Below are positions 26,576-41,502 of a stretch of 64,000 bases of DNA, one piece after another. The DNA lies in the NCBI GenBank assembly GCA_951406725.2, contig OX597816.1:109368001-109432000 (forward strand), read 5' to 3'. A program made the translations under genes and the position numbers. The notes beneath the pieces were generated by a model. It saw only the letters and a list, made by a program, of their open reading frames with translations, was not told the origin of the DNA and made no database searches. Source of the stretch: Octopus vulgaris. Its lineage: Eukaryota. Numbering within the stretch: position 1 is the first letter of the stretch; every line of letters begins with the position of its first letter.

Positions 26576-27410
26576 CAGGAGTTGGACAAAATAATGAAAA
26601 CACTTTGTTCAATAGCCACCTTTGGCAACAATTGCAGCTTTAATACATACTAGAATTTATATATACTGGTTGTTAGGGATATGTTTAACTATTCTTAAAA
26701 TATAACATGCATTAGCTCTTTCAACGACGACGGTGGCGGGAAGCGGCTCCTCACTTGCTGCTCCAAAATGCAGCATAAATATTGATTATATTAAGATCGT
26801 AAAGTCAATTCAAGTGGTATACTTCCCTTTGGTGATCTTCGTACCAATTCTGAATAACATTAGTTTTTTGAATCGGAGTATTACGGTTCTAGACTATTGC
26901 GCTTACATCAGGGAATAATGTTTCCAGTCACAAAGTCATCCGAAGAGTGTTAAAAGGTGATTATCTATCAGAGAAGACGGTATTATCCCATTGAGCCATT
27001 GACCTTTTCTGATAGTCTAGAGACCAATTTTTTCAATTATCAACATTGATGATGGTCGGAGAATTTTAGAAACTTCATCCCTTCCATGATATTCACTGCA
27101 TAGAGCTCACGGCGAATGGCTTTTGTTGATACAGAGATGATGAGATGGTGATTTAGCTCAGCTATCACTCAATGAACCGTAGTTCATTAGCTTGTAGGCG
27201 CAACAAGTTTCCCTATTTTGTGGTCCCGTTCTGGGAGGTTTGTCTTTCATTTAGAATTATGTTGATCAAAGCAGATTTACTTTGATTTTGGAAATTCCAG
27301 CATTGTCTTATAGAATTTACCTCTCACAACATTAAACAGTCCAACAGTTTCAGCAATACGCGCTCCAATAAATTCTCCTCTATGTAACTGAACTAGGTCA
27401 CATATTTAAA
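26576..27410 (-). pseudogene. Degraded Tc1-like DNA transposon
   Basis: TA-caggagttggacaaaataatgaaaacac terminus. Minus strand reads DLVQLHRGEFIGAR, ERDHK, IAELNHHL..SVSTKAIRREL and VFSD. Confidence 0.7.
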
Positions 27411-27560
27411 TAAAAAGAATATGGATACCTACAAAAAAAGAAAAACAGAATGATATATCATGAAGTATACATATTGCATAAACTGTATGAACACATTCTT
27501 GCAGAGAAGAACAGTTGTCAATTCGTCATATTGCTCTGTCTCTCTGTCTCTGCGTATATA

Positions 27561-27624
<64 letters not shown>

Positions 27625-29134
27625 TATATGTGTGTGTGTGTATGAATCATCAGTAGTTCATATATCCGAAAAGGAGCACACTCTAAAGCATTAAAACAAT
27701 GTATTTTTCAGGAAGTTAAAAGTTATGACGTTAGCTTTCTCAACAAAAAGCAATTGTCCATACTGAGCAACCAGGGACTTATGTAAACAAGAGCAAGTGA
27801 TCATAAATTTGCTTGGCTGAAAGGGCAAGAATCCTAAAACAACTAGCGCGACGCGGAGGCCTTTTTAAGCTCCAGGAAAGATGTATTCAGTTAATGCCCT
27901 TATCTAAAACGTTTCCTCCCTCAAACTTAGAATTCTTCTTTCGTTGAATACTTCCATCACACCTCCTTCGAATATCACCATGAACGAAGCCGATGTAAGG
28001 AGGAGAATCCAGTCCTGCTAAAACCGATTTGCAGCACGAACAATTATTTTTTGTTTACAAATCCACGTGTTCGTTACGTATTTATTCCTACAGTTCTAGA
28101 GAGGTTATGCGCCTTCAGCCTTTTGAATCTGCCGAGTCTAAGCGTTTTATAGATGCGAAACCAATGGTCACTCTGTGACCGGACATATATTTTAACTTCC
28201 GAAGTTATATATATATATATATCTGTGTGTGTGTTTATCAATGTCCGTATGTGTCTGTATGTATATATATGTGTATACATACATACACATGCACGTGCGC
28301 ACACACACACATGCATAAATTAATGTTTGGTTTTATGTTCAGTTATGATGGAAAGATTTTACATTAATCTGACAGGTTACTCTATAGTTTTGTAGAATAC
28401 TGATTTATCTTTTTTGAACAGGAATATTTTTGACAGTCATTTGGAGGTTTGGACCAGTTAATCCACCGTCGAACTACGTTACCTGGCCGAAACTTCGAAG
28501 TTACTGTCATCTGTATATATCTATAAAATAGATTTCGAATCATGAGTTTTGAACAAGAAACCCCTTGGACCATACATATACATTATCGTCAGGAATATCA
28601 ACAGCTGCAATAATAAGTGCCGCAGCAGCATTGAAACCAAACGAAAACAACAAAAACAACTGCAGCAGGAGAAGCGACAGTAGCTGCAACACCAGCAGTA
28701 GCATTTGGTGGCTATAATTACGTTTCATTAGCAAGTTAAATGCGTGAAGTTGTTTGATCTAAATCCCTGTTCAAATGCGAACTAAGAATTTATGAGCATC
28801 AGATAAAGGAGTTCAAAGACACACTAATGCAATGTTTTCGATAACAGGCATGCAGTAGAGGTGCGCATGCTAGAAGTCATGTACAAACTAGCTTACAGTC
28901 GCACAGACACATAACACAGGAAAGATATGCATATACATACGCCCATTAGTACGCACACCGACAGATATATAGATGAGACATTGATTCGATGTCGTAAAAT
29001 ACTTTGTGACAGAGACATATCGCCTTGTTACTCTCCGTCTCGCTCTAACTACACGTATAAGCAGACAATACGCATACATATATACGTGTGTGTCAATGTC
29101 TGAGTGTATGTATGTGATTGAGTGTATTGTACCT

Positions 29135-29167
<33 letters not shown>

Positions 29168-29434
29168 TACACACACACAGGTATAATGGGGAGTAGCTTT
29201 TGAGATAGCTTCTGGAAACATCTCTGATTCTATCTTTATTGTTTAACATTATATAAATACATATGTGTGTGTGTTTGTGTGTATGTGTCCGTGTGCATGT
29301 GTGTGAATATAAAAGTATATAGCTATCTATTTATATATATATATATGGGCATACGCTATTACGATATACATACAAATACACACACACACACATATATATT
29401 CAGGTATACATACGTATGCACATATAATAACGGA

Positions 29435-29523
<89 letters not shown>

Positions 29524-29730
29524 TGTAAACAGATAGACACACGCATATCAGTGAGTATTCGCGTATGTGATGCTTGGATCTAGATATGCACATATACACA
29601 CATACACATACACACGTACATGCATACACTCACCGATACACATATACATACACACATATATGTACATGTATGTGTGCATATATGTTTATATGTATCTGTA
29701 TCTCTCTCTCTCTCTCTATCTATCTATCTT

Positions 29731-29773
<43 letters not shown>

Positions 29774-30049
29774 ATCTCTATGTAAAAGCCTATATATAAT
29801 TCACTAGTATTTTCCTCACTTAAGTTCTAGAAAAATACAACACTAACATTCATTTCCATTAGATATATACACAAGCATATATCAGTTTTGAATACACTGC
29901 GTAGTTGAGATATGGCGCTACTTAATTCTTAGTTCAATGTCATTGCATGAAACATTAAATATATATCGAAATTCAAAGCCTCGGCCTTATCAATGCACAA
30001 TGAGTAGAATTTGGAAGACAGAAACAGTGCAGAGCCCTTAATCAATCAA

Positions 30050-30410
<361 letters not shown>

Positions 30411-31946
30411 AGTGATACATAAAAATCCGGTGTATTTTTATGTATCACTCTTGAAAACGAACTTTTGGTTATCTACAATATAACCCTGACACACAAATTT
30501 AAGCAAGTTTCCTAGTGATTACCAGTGATATATCCGGTGTGTCAGAATTATTTAGAATACTCAAGCAAGACGAAGCATCAATACACTACAAGTTTAAAAC
30601 TCAGTTAGAATTGTTTCATGCCGTCCGTTTCGAACGATCTTACTTAAAAATTATTATGTGTGCCAAATTATACAATATCTTTATAAATTCATACATGGTT
30701 GAATATGTCTGAGTGGCACCTCATCAGACTTCTACTACGAAGAATATATAATTTCAGTATATTTTACTATGTGCAGATTTATAGAGATGTATATTCTCTG
30801 AGATATGCCAAAACAATTTAGCAGAATATTATAAAGCAGGTAAGACCATGTCATTGATAGGGTTACAGGCGGTGATGAAAATACATTGTCGAAACAACTG
30901 ACTGAATGAGCAAAAGATTGATTAAACAGTTGCTTCCGTTATTAATTAATTAGTTAACTAAAAATTATGAAAAAGACTACGAAAGTAAGAAGAAAAACAA
31001 CTACAGTTAAAACGATGATGATGATGATGATGATGATGATAATGATAAGGAGGAGGTGGGGTGGACTTGTTTTATTGGTCAAAATAGTCTAAACTACTGA
31101 GGAAAATATAAAAGATGGTGTTTGCATCGATCGAAAGAAAAATCAACAAAAGTAAAGGGTATGACAAAGAATATAGCAAAAGGTGTAAAAATAAAATTCA
31201 AGCAAAAGTTTCAACAAGAAAGTTTTTCCAAGAGCAGAGCAGTTCAACAATAGTATTTCGAGATCAAAATCAACACAAAAGATTTAGATTGCTCATCCGT
31301 TTCCAGAACATCAAAAGTGCTGTCTACTACTTTGTTTTCTTCTACATAGAAAGAGAAAAGCATACTCAGAGGAGAGAATTCAGTTTCGCTGCTCTCAATT
31401 ACTTTTTGGAAACGCAGACTAGAAGGATGCGTATATCTTTGCCTCCCGCTATCTTCACTTCAAGTGATACTTAAAAACATTACTTATAACTTAGCCAGTT
31501 CGGAAATTACCTGTTTTCGAAACTTTCATATTATTCCACTGCCTAACATCTTTCGCCATTAGCAACAAAGAAGTCAAAAGTCTTTCCCTCGTTACCTGCC
31601 AAAGTGAGTTAGCGTATCGATGCTCACTAGAGATTTGATTGACAGCCTAACTCGTCCTATACGCAAAGGTAAATGTTCGACGCAGTCTCTTAATTTGCTA
31701 ACGCATTGACAATGAAGGATGGCGTGCTAATAGTTTCCTTCCTTTCATGCATTTCAGAGAGGTTTAGCTTTTGGTGCTTCCAGCTTGCTGCCAGTTGAAG
31801 CAGACGGCTATTAAGGGAGGGGTGAAACAGTGTGGCATATTGAAATGTAGTATATCAGCCAGACGATCCAACCCAGACAGTTTGCAACTCACAAGTACCT
31901 CAGCGCACCCGCCATTACATCAGATGAACAAAATTTCAGGGAATGG

Positions 31947-32095
31947 ATGAATGGCAAAGTCAACCTCGGTGATGTTTGAACTCAGAACGTAAAACCGGAG
32001 CGATAGCATTTCTGCCAGCTAGCCACCTCAGATAATTCTTTCTACTATAGGCACAAAACCCGAAATTTTACGGGAGGCAGCTAGACGTCATTGAT
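31947..32095 (-). mobile_element. Two adjacent SINE family B fragments
   Basis: ggcaaagtcaacctcgg..tttgaactcagaacgt..ctgccagct followed by attctttctactataggcacaa. Confidence 0.7.
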
Positions 32096-32888
32096 AAGGT
32101 TACATGCTGTAAGGAAAAGACATTTTCGAAGCGATTGATTAAAGGACAATAAGTACACAATGTGTTATAACCACTTGTATCAATTTTGATAGACATTTGA
32201 TGTGAAAATGTGTGTTGAAACAGATGTTGTTGCACTTTGGGAGCGATCATTTTGATAATTAAATCAGACATATTAGTTGTATTGCACTTTATTTTTCATT
32301 AGTAACAGTCAACTAGTTTACTAATTATCTTATAAGTTGTACGATCAATCATTTGAAGAATCATTCAATGAATTAGTTGATTTTTCAGAAACCTTTCACA
32401 ATCTGGAAGCTTACTGTAGACTTGCCCTCATCTGTTCTTCTCGGTGCAAATGGACACTCCTTGAAGTTCCTCAAACTAACTTTAGCTCGGTTTTTATTTG
32501 TAATTCAGTGTTTGGACTGTGCGTATGCATGTGTGTGTGCATCTGTGTACCTCATTTTAATTGAACTGCTGTTATAGTCTGTACTTTTATATTTCATCTG
32601 TTGTAGCTTCTTGTTGACGTGTGGGTTACAGATGTGGTTTATGTACCAGTGTTTCTGCTGGATAATATTGTTATTCTTTTGAATGGGAGGAAGGTATTTC
32701 TAATTTCATGTTACAGTCTTTTGCCAAAATGAGTGATTGCTGTGTAAATTCCCTTTTTCTTACTTATTAAGTAACATCATGCATTTCAGTTTCTCAGCCT
32801 GTTGTTTTATAAAGCTGAAGTGTGTTTGTGTGTATATATATGTAGGAGAAGGTATGTATTACACACATACACACACACACACGCACAC

Positions 32889-32926
<38 letters not shown>

Positions 32927-33959
32927 GTATACACACACAAACACACGCACATAAGAACGCACAAGCACACACATGCACAAGCACTACAGACACGTGTTGT
33001 ATCGTCTTTTTCCTAGAAAAAAATTACTTTGATCCAGGATGGTATATATATTTATATATAACATGTATACATATTTTGATGTATGTAAAACCCGATGTAT
33101 ATTTCTCTGTGCGAGACAGTTTAAGCCATGTTTAACTTTTTATGATCATTATTCAACAAAAGAAAGTCTCTCTCGTTTACTTGTCTTTCCAAAAACTAAT
33201 ATAAGGCAACATTCCAGTTGTGTCTACTAATATTATATATGTATATGTGTGTGTATGTGTGAATATACATATATATCTACAAAAAATATAAACACATTCA
33301 CACAAACTGGAAAACTGTTCCTTGAAAGATACAGAAATCTTTATTTTATAAAAGTTACTTGCACATCCAATGTAAGCATCACGGTTAAGGAGAAAATGTG
33401 TAAATATATGACTGAAGAGAAATTTTATTGTTATTATCATCCATTGATGAAACGTTTTACATCTATTTTTATAATTTGATTAGTCCAAATAAAGTCGATC
33501 TTGTATGATACAGCATCTTTGGACCTGTATCAGTTTAATAAGGTTGTCGAATCACTGACCGTTTTATTAGTGCCTTGCAGTTTACACTATAGCGAAACAC
33601 CTCATCTTGCATTAGAATATACTCTCGGTCATTGTAAGGTGGTTAACGAAGGCGAAGAAACATTAAATGAAAACATATGCGATTTTAATGAAAAACTAGT
33701 AAGATAAAGGGTGCAGACACAATTATTCTGTTGACTGCTAAGAAAATACACCACCGTCACTTCCAGACTGAATTTTCAAGTAAGCAGAGTCACATTTTAG
33801 GCAATTCAGTCAGAATCATCATTTTCAGCCTGAAAGGTGATTGAAACATCAGGATCTGGGAGTGAAACTGGAAGAATAAATTCTTCAAGAACTGGTTATG
33901 GAATTGCTGTTCAACTGATTGTCATTGAATTGACTCTTCTATGGCACGGAATTTGATTA

Positions 33960-34560
33960 TTTCTTGTGAACTTATCCTTCAAACACGTATACTGTTTAAT
34001 ATATTTTTGGTATTCCTTTATTAGTTTATGCTGCCGTATAGAAATATTCATTATTGATTGTCTTGTAATAAAACTGCGTTACTGCAGGCATTTTACAACT
34101 TCACCTGTCACCTAAATTAATATTTCAGTTTCATCACTGTTTTCGTCTTCACTTTCTTGGTCGAGGTTTACAATCATTTGCTCGCTTTCCTAGGCAAGAT
34201 GATGATGTACATTTACTTACTATAGCGTTGTCTAAATTCACCCATTCTATAACAACTTCACCTTGCCTTTTTCAATTGAAATCCTAAATTCAGTAAACCC
34301 ATTTATAGTGTCTTTACTGGGTGCAGACTCAAACGTTGAATTTGATCTCAATGTCTACTGTCCATTTTTCTATGAGGCTGCCTTTACAATCCTCCACTCA
34401 TTAGCAATGCAGTAAACTATATCTCTCATATTTATGGTAAAACCTGAAAGGCGACTAGATTAGTAAAGGTCGACTTTATTTCTGAATCAATTTTTCCCAT
34501 ATTAATTGTTTCCATTTACCAGTGGTTGTATTAAAAATGCTATAATCATTGTCTCAGAAA
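33960..34560 (-). pseudogene. pogo/Tigger-like transposase C-terminal remnant
   Basis: Minus strand reads AFLIQPL, INMRDIVYCIANEWRIVK, EWVNLD, acidic DQESEDENSDE and RSFITRQSIMNI. Confidence 0.55.
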
Positions 34561-35208
34561 TTCGTGTTGATCACATATAAGCAACATAGACGTAGTTATT
34601 GGCTATGGGTAAAGGCATGGATGCTTAGTTAACTCTCTTGCATTGCAATCAAATCTTTTGATCTCATTGCTTGTATTTTGGGCGCCTTTTACGATAGCCT
34701 CGAATTGATCCAAGCTTTTTTGGGCGAAATCAAGTATACAGTAACTGTGCAGAAACATACCAGAGTGATCTGCAGCTGAAATTGTGTAAGACGTAAGCTA
34801 TCATCTTCTTTAATATCTGATACTAGGATATTTTTTTGTGAAATTCGCTGCTTTAAGCATTCGTATTAATTCTTGAGTCCCAAGAAAACCTGATACCGGA
34901 AAGCACTATACATAAGATGATGTTCCATTCTTAATTTTATCCTTCTTTCTTTCCTCCCATTCTTTGCTTTGTTTGTTTGTTTGTTTGTTTGTTTGTTTCT
35001 TTCTTCCTTCATTCCTTCTTCCTTTTTTACTCTGCTAATGTTTTATCCACTGCAAAAAAGATTATGGGCGCAGCAATTATTTCTTTCACTAAGACATATA
35101 AAAATAAAAGAATTAGCAAGACAAACATTAAGAAGAAACAAGAATTTGGTAGAATTTTGAATTCATCCTGAATATTGTTTATTCTGCCAAACAGATGTAT
35201 GTATATAT

Positions 35209-35277
<69 letters not shown>

Positions 35278-35286
35278 TATATCAAT

Positions 35287-35334
<48 letters not shown>

Positions 35335-36579
35335 CAATTTATATATATTGTATATGCATGGATATTCGGATGTTCATACGTAATGTTCTGATATAAACAC
35401 ACATACACACATGCACACACACACGCACACACACTCACTAACACACACACACACATATACTTACATAAATGAATACATATATATATCCATATATATATTT
35501 CTAAAAACCCACCAACCATATATACCTGCAAGCATGCTACATGCATGCATGCATGCATACACATACACATGCACATATGGAATAAAGACATTACGACTAA
35601 CCAAGAATTGGGTAGAAATTTGAAATCACCCTGTAACTTGTTTATTTTGCCAGAAATAACATTATTAGTGACTGGCACCAGCTATTTCAGGAAAATAGAG
35701 AAGAATTAGTTTTGAGATAACATGCACAGAAAAGTTGAAGTCTACATAGAATGCTTGACAGTGTTACTTTTTGTTTACGTAATAAGATTTCTTTCTTTAT
35801 CTAATAGGTGTTTTCGACTATTAAAATTTACATCAAGCTGTTATTTTTGCTTAGTTCCACGTGTCAGCCGTGATTGAGGCAAATTATGATCAGAGAGAGG
35901 TTTAGATATGACTGGCACATCCTTTTAAGAGTACAATAGTTAATATACTCAACATTAACTATTGTACTCTGATGTGTAAGGAAATATTGTGTGATTTAAT
36001 AATTTCAACTACTACGCATTGCAGGTCAAACATCTTAGTTGTTTTCTTTTGGTGTCATATGATAGCCAAGTCATTTGATTCAACCTGTTTTAGTATATAT
36101 CTAGCATCTTGGATGATATCTGTGATAGGGAGGCCTCTGAGCATTTAAAAATATATCTATTATTCATTAAAAAGCTGCAGAAAGGAAACAAGTACTGATC
36201 CCCTAGGCGTTTTCTAGGACAATATAGACAGTATTATTGTATTATCACACATATAAGAATTATGTATCTCTATGGTATAGTGTTCACTTTTAGATTTATC
36301 GACCATAATGTATTTGCCATCTCTACGCCTATCATTATCAGTCACGTAATATATTTACCAACTCATCTGAAGCAGAACATAGGAGAATATTTGATAGCAT
36401 TTTCGTTTGAAGGTTATTGATTACAAAGCGACAGGCATATAATCCATAAAGTGCAAATGAAAGAGCTATTAATGCTAACAAATACAGAGAAGGGGAAAAA
36501 TAAAACAGAAAACATTTATGACTGAATATAAATCTTAGAAACACATACACTGACATATATATGAATATAATGTATTTGA

Positions 36580-36647
<68 letters not shown>

Positions 36648-36913
36648 ACACATGTACGTGTGCGTGTATGTGCATACATGCATACATATACGTATATACA
36701 CAGACACATACACACAGATATACATATGTATATTACTATTTATGTATATGAGGATAAGTTGCAATCACTGGGCTACACATTACTCAGAATTTTGTCGAAT
36801 GAATCGGGCATCTTCAGCTAGCTCTCAAGAAGTAGCATGATGAAGCAAGCAATCTCTTATACTCCCTTCTTCCTTCTTTCCACCGCACTATGCCCCCTCC
36901 TCCATACATTATG

Positions 36914-36947
<34 letters not shown>

Positions 36948-37919
36948 GAGACAAGGTGATTGAATAATTAAGATGTCGAATATTCCACGGTAAAATGGCC
37001 CCTCCTCATATATATGAGTGTGTACGTGTGTGTGCGCGTGTTTGTGTGTGTTTGTGTGTGTGTGTATGTGTGTGTGCGTATAACTTATATGTACATATAT
37101 AAAAATGAGAGATAGATTTTGTAATTCACGAGACTCTTTATTCAGGGATTACGATCTTTTCGATTCATTATGCACCAGTATCTTACAGATGAGATACTGC
37201 ACAATCAATTGTCACCCATTAAAAGTGCAGATGCATCTCCTTAGGTGACTTTTCAAAAAGTACCTTCTTTTTTACTGGCTATTTATCTTATTTCTATAAT
37301 TTTAGTTTGTGTAGTATTCCATCCGTCTCCATAATAAACTGAGATAGAGTGAAAGAAACTCATAGGTAGTCTCTTATAGGTAGTAAAACTATAAACGGGA
37401 TTTAAACGGAACACTACAAAATTATTACATGTATATATGCGTATACATGTATACGTATATACGTATGCTTTATATTTTCTTCAAAGTCATATGTTTCTAT
37501 TTAAAGTTGTCGAAACTGGCATAATCCATGGCGACATAGCTAATGAAGACCCTACACCCAAAGGGTATTAATTCTGGACCATTGCTCTCTGATTTCAAAT
37601 AACGTAGTAGTATAGTACTTGGAACGATAAAGTTTCTGTCCCCACTCTTTTCCTTTCCCTCCTTTAAAAATCGGCAATGCTCAGTAAGGAGTAAAGATGG
37701 TCAGTGCTGTGTTTGAATACTAAAGATACGTCATATACGGTTCTCCTACGAATGCGGAAGGAGGTAGGGTCCATTTTTCCTTTGTTTCTGTCTTTTTGTG
37801 CCTGTCCATGTCTCTCTCTACATGTATCACTGCTCTACATATATCACTGTATTACTGTGTCAACTGCTGGTTACTAGGCACTTTCTTGCATTGCTGTACC
37901 TTTCGACTGATGCGATTCT

Positions 37920-38118
37920 ATAGGCTCGGCGGACAGACCAACACTCCCTCTGGACAGGACACCAGTCAGTGGCAAGGTTAGGCTTTTACAGCTACCTGAG
38001 CTGGAGCAACATCAAAGGATGTGTTATCACAACGCACCACCATCTCAGTTCTAGTAATGAAAACCACCATCTCGCGAGTCATGAGTGCAACACATTAGCC
38101 ACAAGGCTACGTGCTTTG
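37920..38118 (-). mobile_element. Degraded tRNA-headed SINE related to families C and D
   Basis: Head matches C/D (gtgttgcactcatga..cgagat); body gactggtgtcctgtccagagggagt. Confidence 0.6.
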
Positions 38119-38244
38119 GTATGTATGTATGTATGTATGTATGTATGTATGTATGTATGCATGTATGTATGTATGTATGTATGTATGTATGTATGTTTGT
38201 ATATTTGCATGTATATATGCATGTATGTATGGTTGTATATATGT

Positions 38245-38448
38245 ATTCTTTTTTCTTGTTTCAGTCACTTAACTGCTGCCATACTGGAGCACCGCCATTT
38301 AGGCGAACAAGTCGACTCCAGGACTTATTCTCTGTAAATCTAGTACTTATTATATCGGTCTCTTTTGCCGAATCGCTAATTTACAAGGACGTAAACACAC
38401 CAAGTTAGGTTGTTGAGCGATGGTGGGGCGACAAACATTGGCACACAA

Positions 38449-38515
<67 letters not shown>

Positions 38516-39013
38516 CATACACACACGACAGACTTCTTTCGGTTTCCGTCTACCGAATCCACTCACAAGGTGCCACGCACTGAGGCTGAATCCGAAACCA
38601 TGTGGTTGGGAAGCAAGCTTCTTACCACACAGCCACTCCAGCGTCTAGATGTATGTATGCATTTTTTAAAGTTGAATACTCATTCTATTGGGCTATTTTG
38701 GCGAACTCCTAAGTTACCGGGGACGCAAACACACCAACATCGGTTGTCAAGCAGTGACGGGGGGGGGGGGGGCAAACACAGACACAGAATCAGACATACA
38801 TTAAAAGAATATTCATACACGCACACACACAGACATACACACACATACATATGACGGACTTCTTTCAGTTTCCGTCGAACAAATTCACTCTCAAGGCTTT
38901 GGCCACTGAGAGACTATATTGGAAGACACTCACCCAGGGTGCTACCCAGTAGGACTGAACCTAGAACCATGTGGTGAGAAGCAAGCTTCTGACTACACAG
39001 CCATGCCTGCGCC
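38245..39013 (-). mobile_element. Two tandem SINE family A copies (38245-38643 and 38680-39013)
   Basis: Reverse complements of 40215-40615, with deletions. Confidence 0.85.
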
Positions 39014-39069
39014 TACACACACACCCACACACAAAACAAAATAGAAAATCTGGCTGCGTGCGTCAGCAG

Positions 39070-39640
39070 TCATGAATGTAATGAATGAGTACAAACAATA
39101 AAAAGCACATAGTAGACCGAACATACGAACAAGCAAACAAAAGAGAATATCGAGATTTCATTAGCTTTGTCGCCATGGATTATGACAGTTTCGACTATGT
39201 GAGACATAATTGCGTAATTCGAAATGCTAACACCCGTTGGATACAATTGTTCGGCAATAATCAAGAGAAAAACATATAGTGGAGCGTTTGCAATTGAGCT
39301 GGAGAATGCACAAGAGGAATTGGGTGTATGCTTAAGGCTTTGCGAATAGAACAGCAAAACGAAAGAAGACCATAAATATAAATACGAAGAAATTATACAA
39401 GATGAATCTTTATACGACACAAAACAACAGCGCAACAAGAAGAACGCGGAAAAGAAAATACACGATAAATTCTGGCCGATGTTCTTAAAAAAATAAGGGA
39501 CATTAAAAGATTGGGAGTGCTCACTACACGAGCTGTGAGGTAAATGAGAGATCAGCGGCCAAAACGGATGCAGGAAGTGGTTAGCTGAGCAGCAATGCGT
39601 TAGCGTTCGGTGTTTCTCGTTGCTTATTTTCATGTGACAG
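39070..39640 (-). mobile_element. Diverged relative of the 17953-19076 repeat; shares a motif of about 40 bp with 37509-37550
   Basis: gtcgaaactgtcataatccatggcgacaaagctaatgaa (minus strand) versus gtcgaaactggcataatccatggcgacatagctaatgaa (37509, plus strand). Confidence 0.5.
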
Positions 39641-40199
39641 ATTTTATGACTAATAGGGCCTTCTCATATTCATTGACGAAAGCTTTATGGGTTAAGCTGA
39701 AAGCATCTAGCAGAGAATTAATGATCAAAACATGATAACATACTGTGTAAACAAGTAATAACAAATTTCGAAGATTTATTCACTTATTTAGGTATTTGTT
39801 TTTATTTATTTGCATAACGCTTTTCTTTCTTTTTTTTTTTAAGATATCGGTATCTTTTAAGTATTCCTTTTATTTAATATTACAAGCATTCGATGTGACT
39901 TTTAATCGATATAAAATTTCACGATTTTTAAAATAACAACGTCTAAAATCTATTAATATAAAAACACAAAACATTACCGTTTATCTCATAAACCTTAAAT
40001 GATTCCTAGAAATTTTTCTCTAGACTCTTCGTTTGTTACATATTTTGTAGGCATTGCTCTCTCCCACACACACACATACACACACATATACACGAACACA
40101 CACACACACAAACACACACAAATACACACACATATATATATAGACATACATATATGCCAACACATATAGGCATATATGTATATACATATATACATGTAT

Positions 40200-41502
40200 A
40201 ATTTTCAACATATAGGCGCAGGAGTGGCTGTGTGGTAAGTAGCTTGCTAACCAACCACATGGTTCCGGGTTCAGTCCCACTGCGTGGTATCTTGGGCAAG
40301 TGTCCTCTGCTATAGCCCCGGGCCAACCAATGCCTTGTGAGTGGATTTGGTAGACGGAAACTGAAAGAAGCCTGTCGTATATATGTATATATATGTGTTT
40401 GTGTGTCTGTGTTTGTCCCCTTAGCATTGCCTGACAACCGATGCTGGTGTGTTTACGTCCCCGTCACTTAGCGGTTCGGCAAAAGAGACCGATAGAATAA
40501 GTAATGGGCTTACAAAGAATAAGTTCCGGGGTCGATTTGCTCGACTAAATGCGGTGCTCCAGCATGGCCGCAGTCAAATGACTGAAACAAGTAAAAGAGT
40601 AAAAGAGTAAAAGAGAGATATTCCCCCTTGCCGTCAACATACGTCTTTCAACGGTGTCACAGTGCACGGATCCCATTGGTGAAGAAAGCTTTCATTCTGA
40701 TGGTCAAAAACCTCAACAGCATATATGACGTCATCATCACTGCGATATTGGTTCTCAGTCAAGTCAAGTTATGCTAGAGAGCAGATGATAGTCAGGTGGG
40801 GCCAAATCAGGAGAAAAAGGAAGGTGATCAACCAGTTCAAAACTACAGTCAGACACAGCAGCTATTGAAACCAAGGATTTATGTACTGGAGAATTGTCTT
40901 GATAAAACAAAACCCCTTTCGTCAGTTTTCCTGGGTGTTTGGTCTGAATAGCCTTTCTTAACTGCTTCAGCAAGAGAGCATAGTACTCTCCATTGATAGT
41001 GTAATCCTTTTGAAGATAGTCAATAAACAGAATACCTTTTGCATCCAAAAAACTAAGGTCACCACATTCCCTGCAGATGAAACGACCATAGCCTACTTTG
41101 GAGCAGCTGAGGGTGGGTGTTTCCGCTGCATGGATAGTCATTTTGTCTCTGGCTGCAAGCTATGAACTCAGCATGCTTCCTGGTTTAGGAAACACCCAAG
41201 AAAATGAGCTGGATCTGCCTCAAACAATGTCAGATTCTCCCGTGATGTGATCTGCATGGAACGCTTTTGATCTGATGGCAGGAGACGTGGCACCTATCGA
41301 GCAATAACTTTCCTCACGCCAAGATCAAATTTTGCCTATTTTCAAGAGAAAAGGTCTTCTATGAGCTTTCAGATCTCAGTTAAATTGAAAAAAACCCCAG
41401 AAAAACAATGTAATTATTAACAGGAAGCGTGAAGATTAATGCATGCAACATTTCACCACTCTAGCATCATATTCAACCTATAAACTTTTCAATCCACCCT
41501 CG
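40200..41502 (-). pseudogene. Internally deleted mariner (irritans-like), its last codons interrupted by a SINE
   Basis: TA-cgagggtggattgaaaagttt TIR; DAKGILFIDYL..TINGEYYA, FYQDNSPVH and FSPDLAPPDYHL motifs. GKGEY|YVEN is split by the SINE at 40215-40615. Confidence 0.85.
40215..40615 (+). mobile_element. Full-length young SINE family A copy
   Basis: A box tggctgtgtgg, B box ggttcagtcc, internal (TA)/(TG) tract and (gtaaaaga)n tail. Confidence 0.95.

Noticed and set aside
28160-28210. ggtcactctgtgacc palindrome resembling a piggyBac subterminal motif
   Set aside because: No matching second end or clear TTAA terminus.
31637-31646. TGATTGACAG PBX/MEIS-type site
   Set aside because: A single 10-mer with no conservation evidence.
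39070-39633. 187-aa minus-strand ORF
   Set aside because: Phe/Ser/Leu-biased antisense reading of an A-rich repeat, with no motif.
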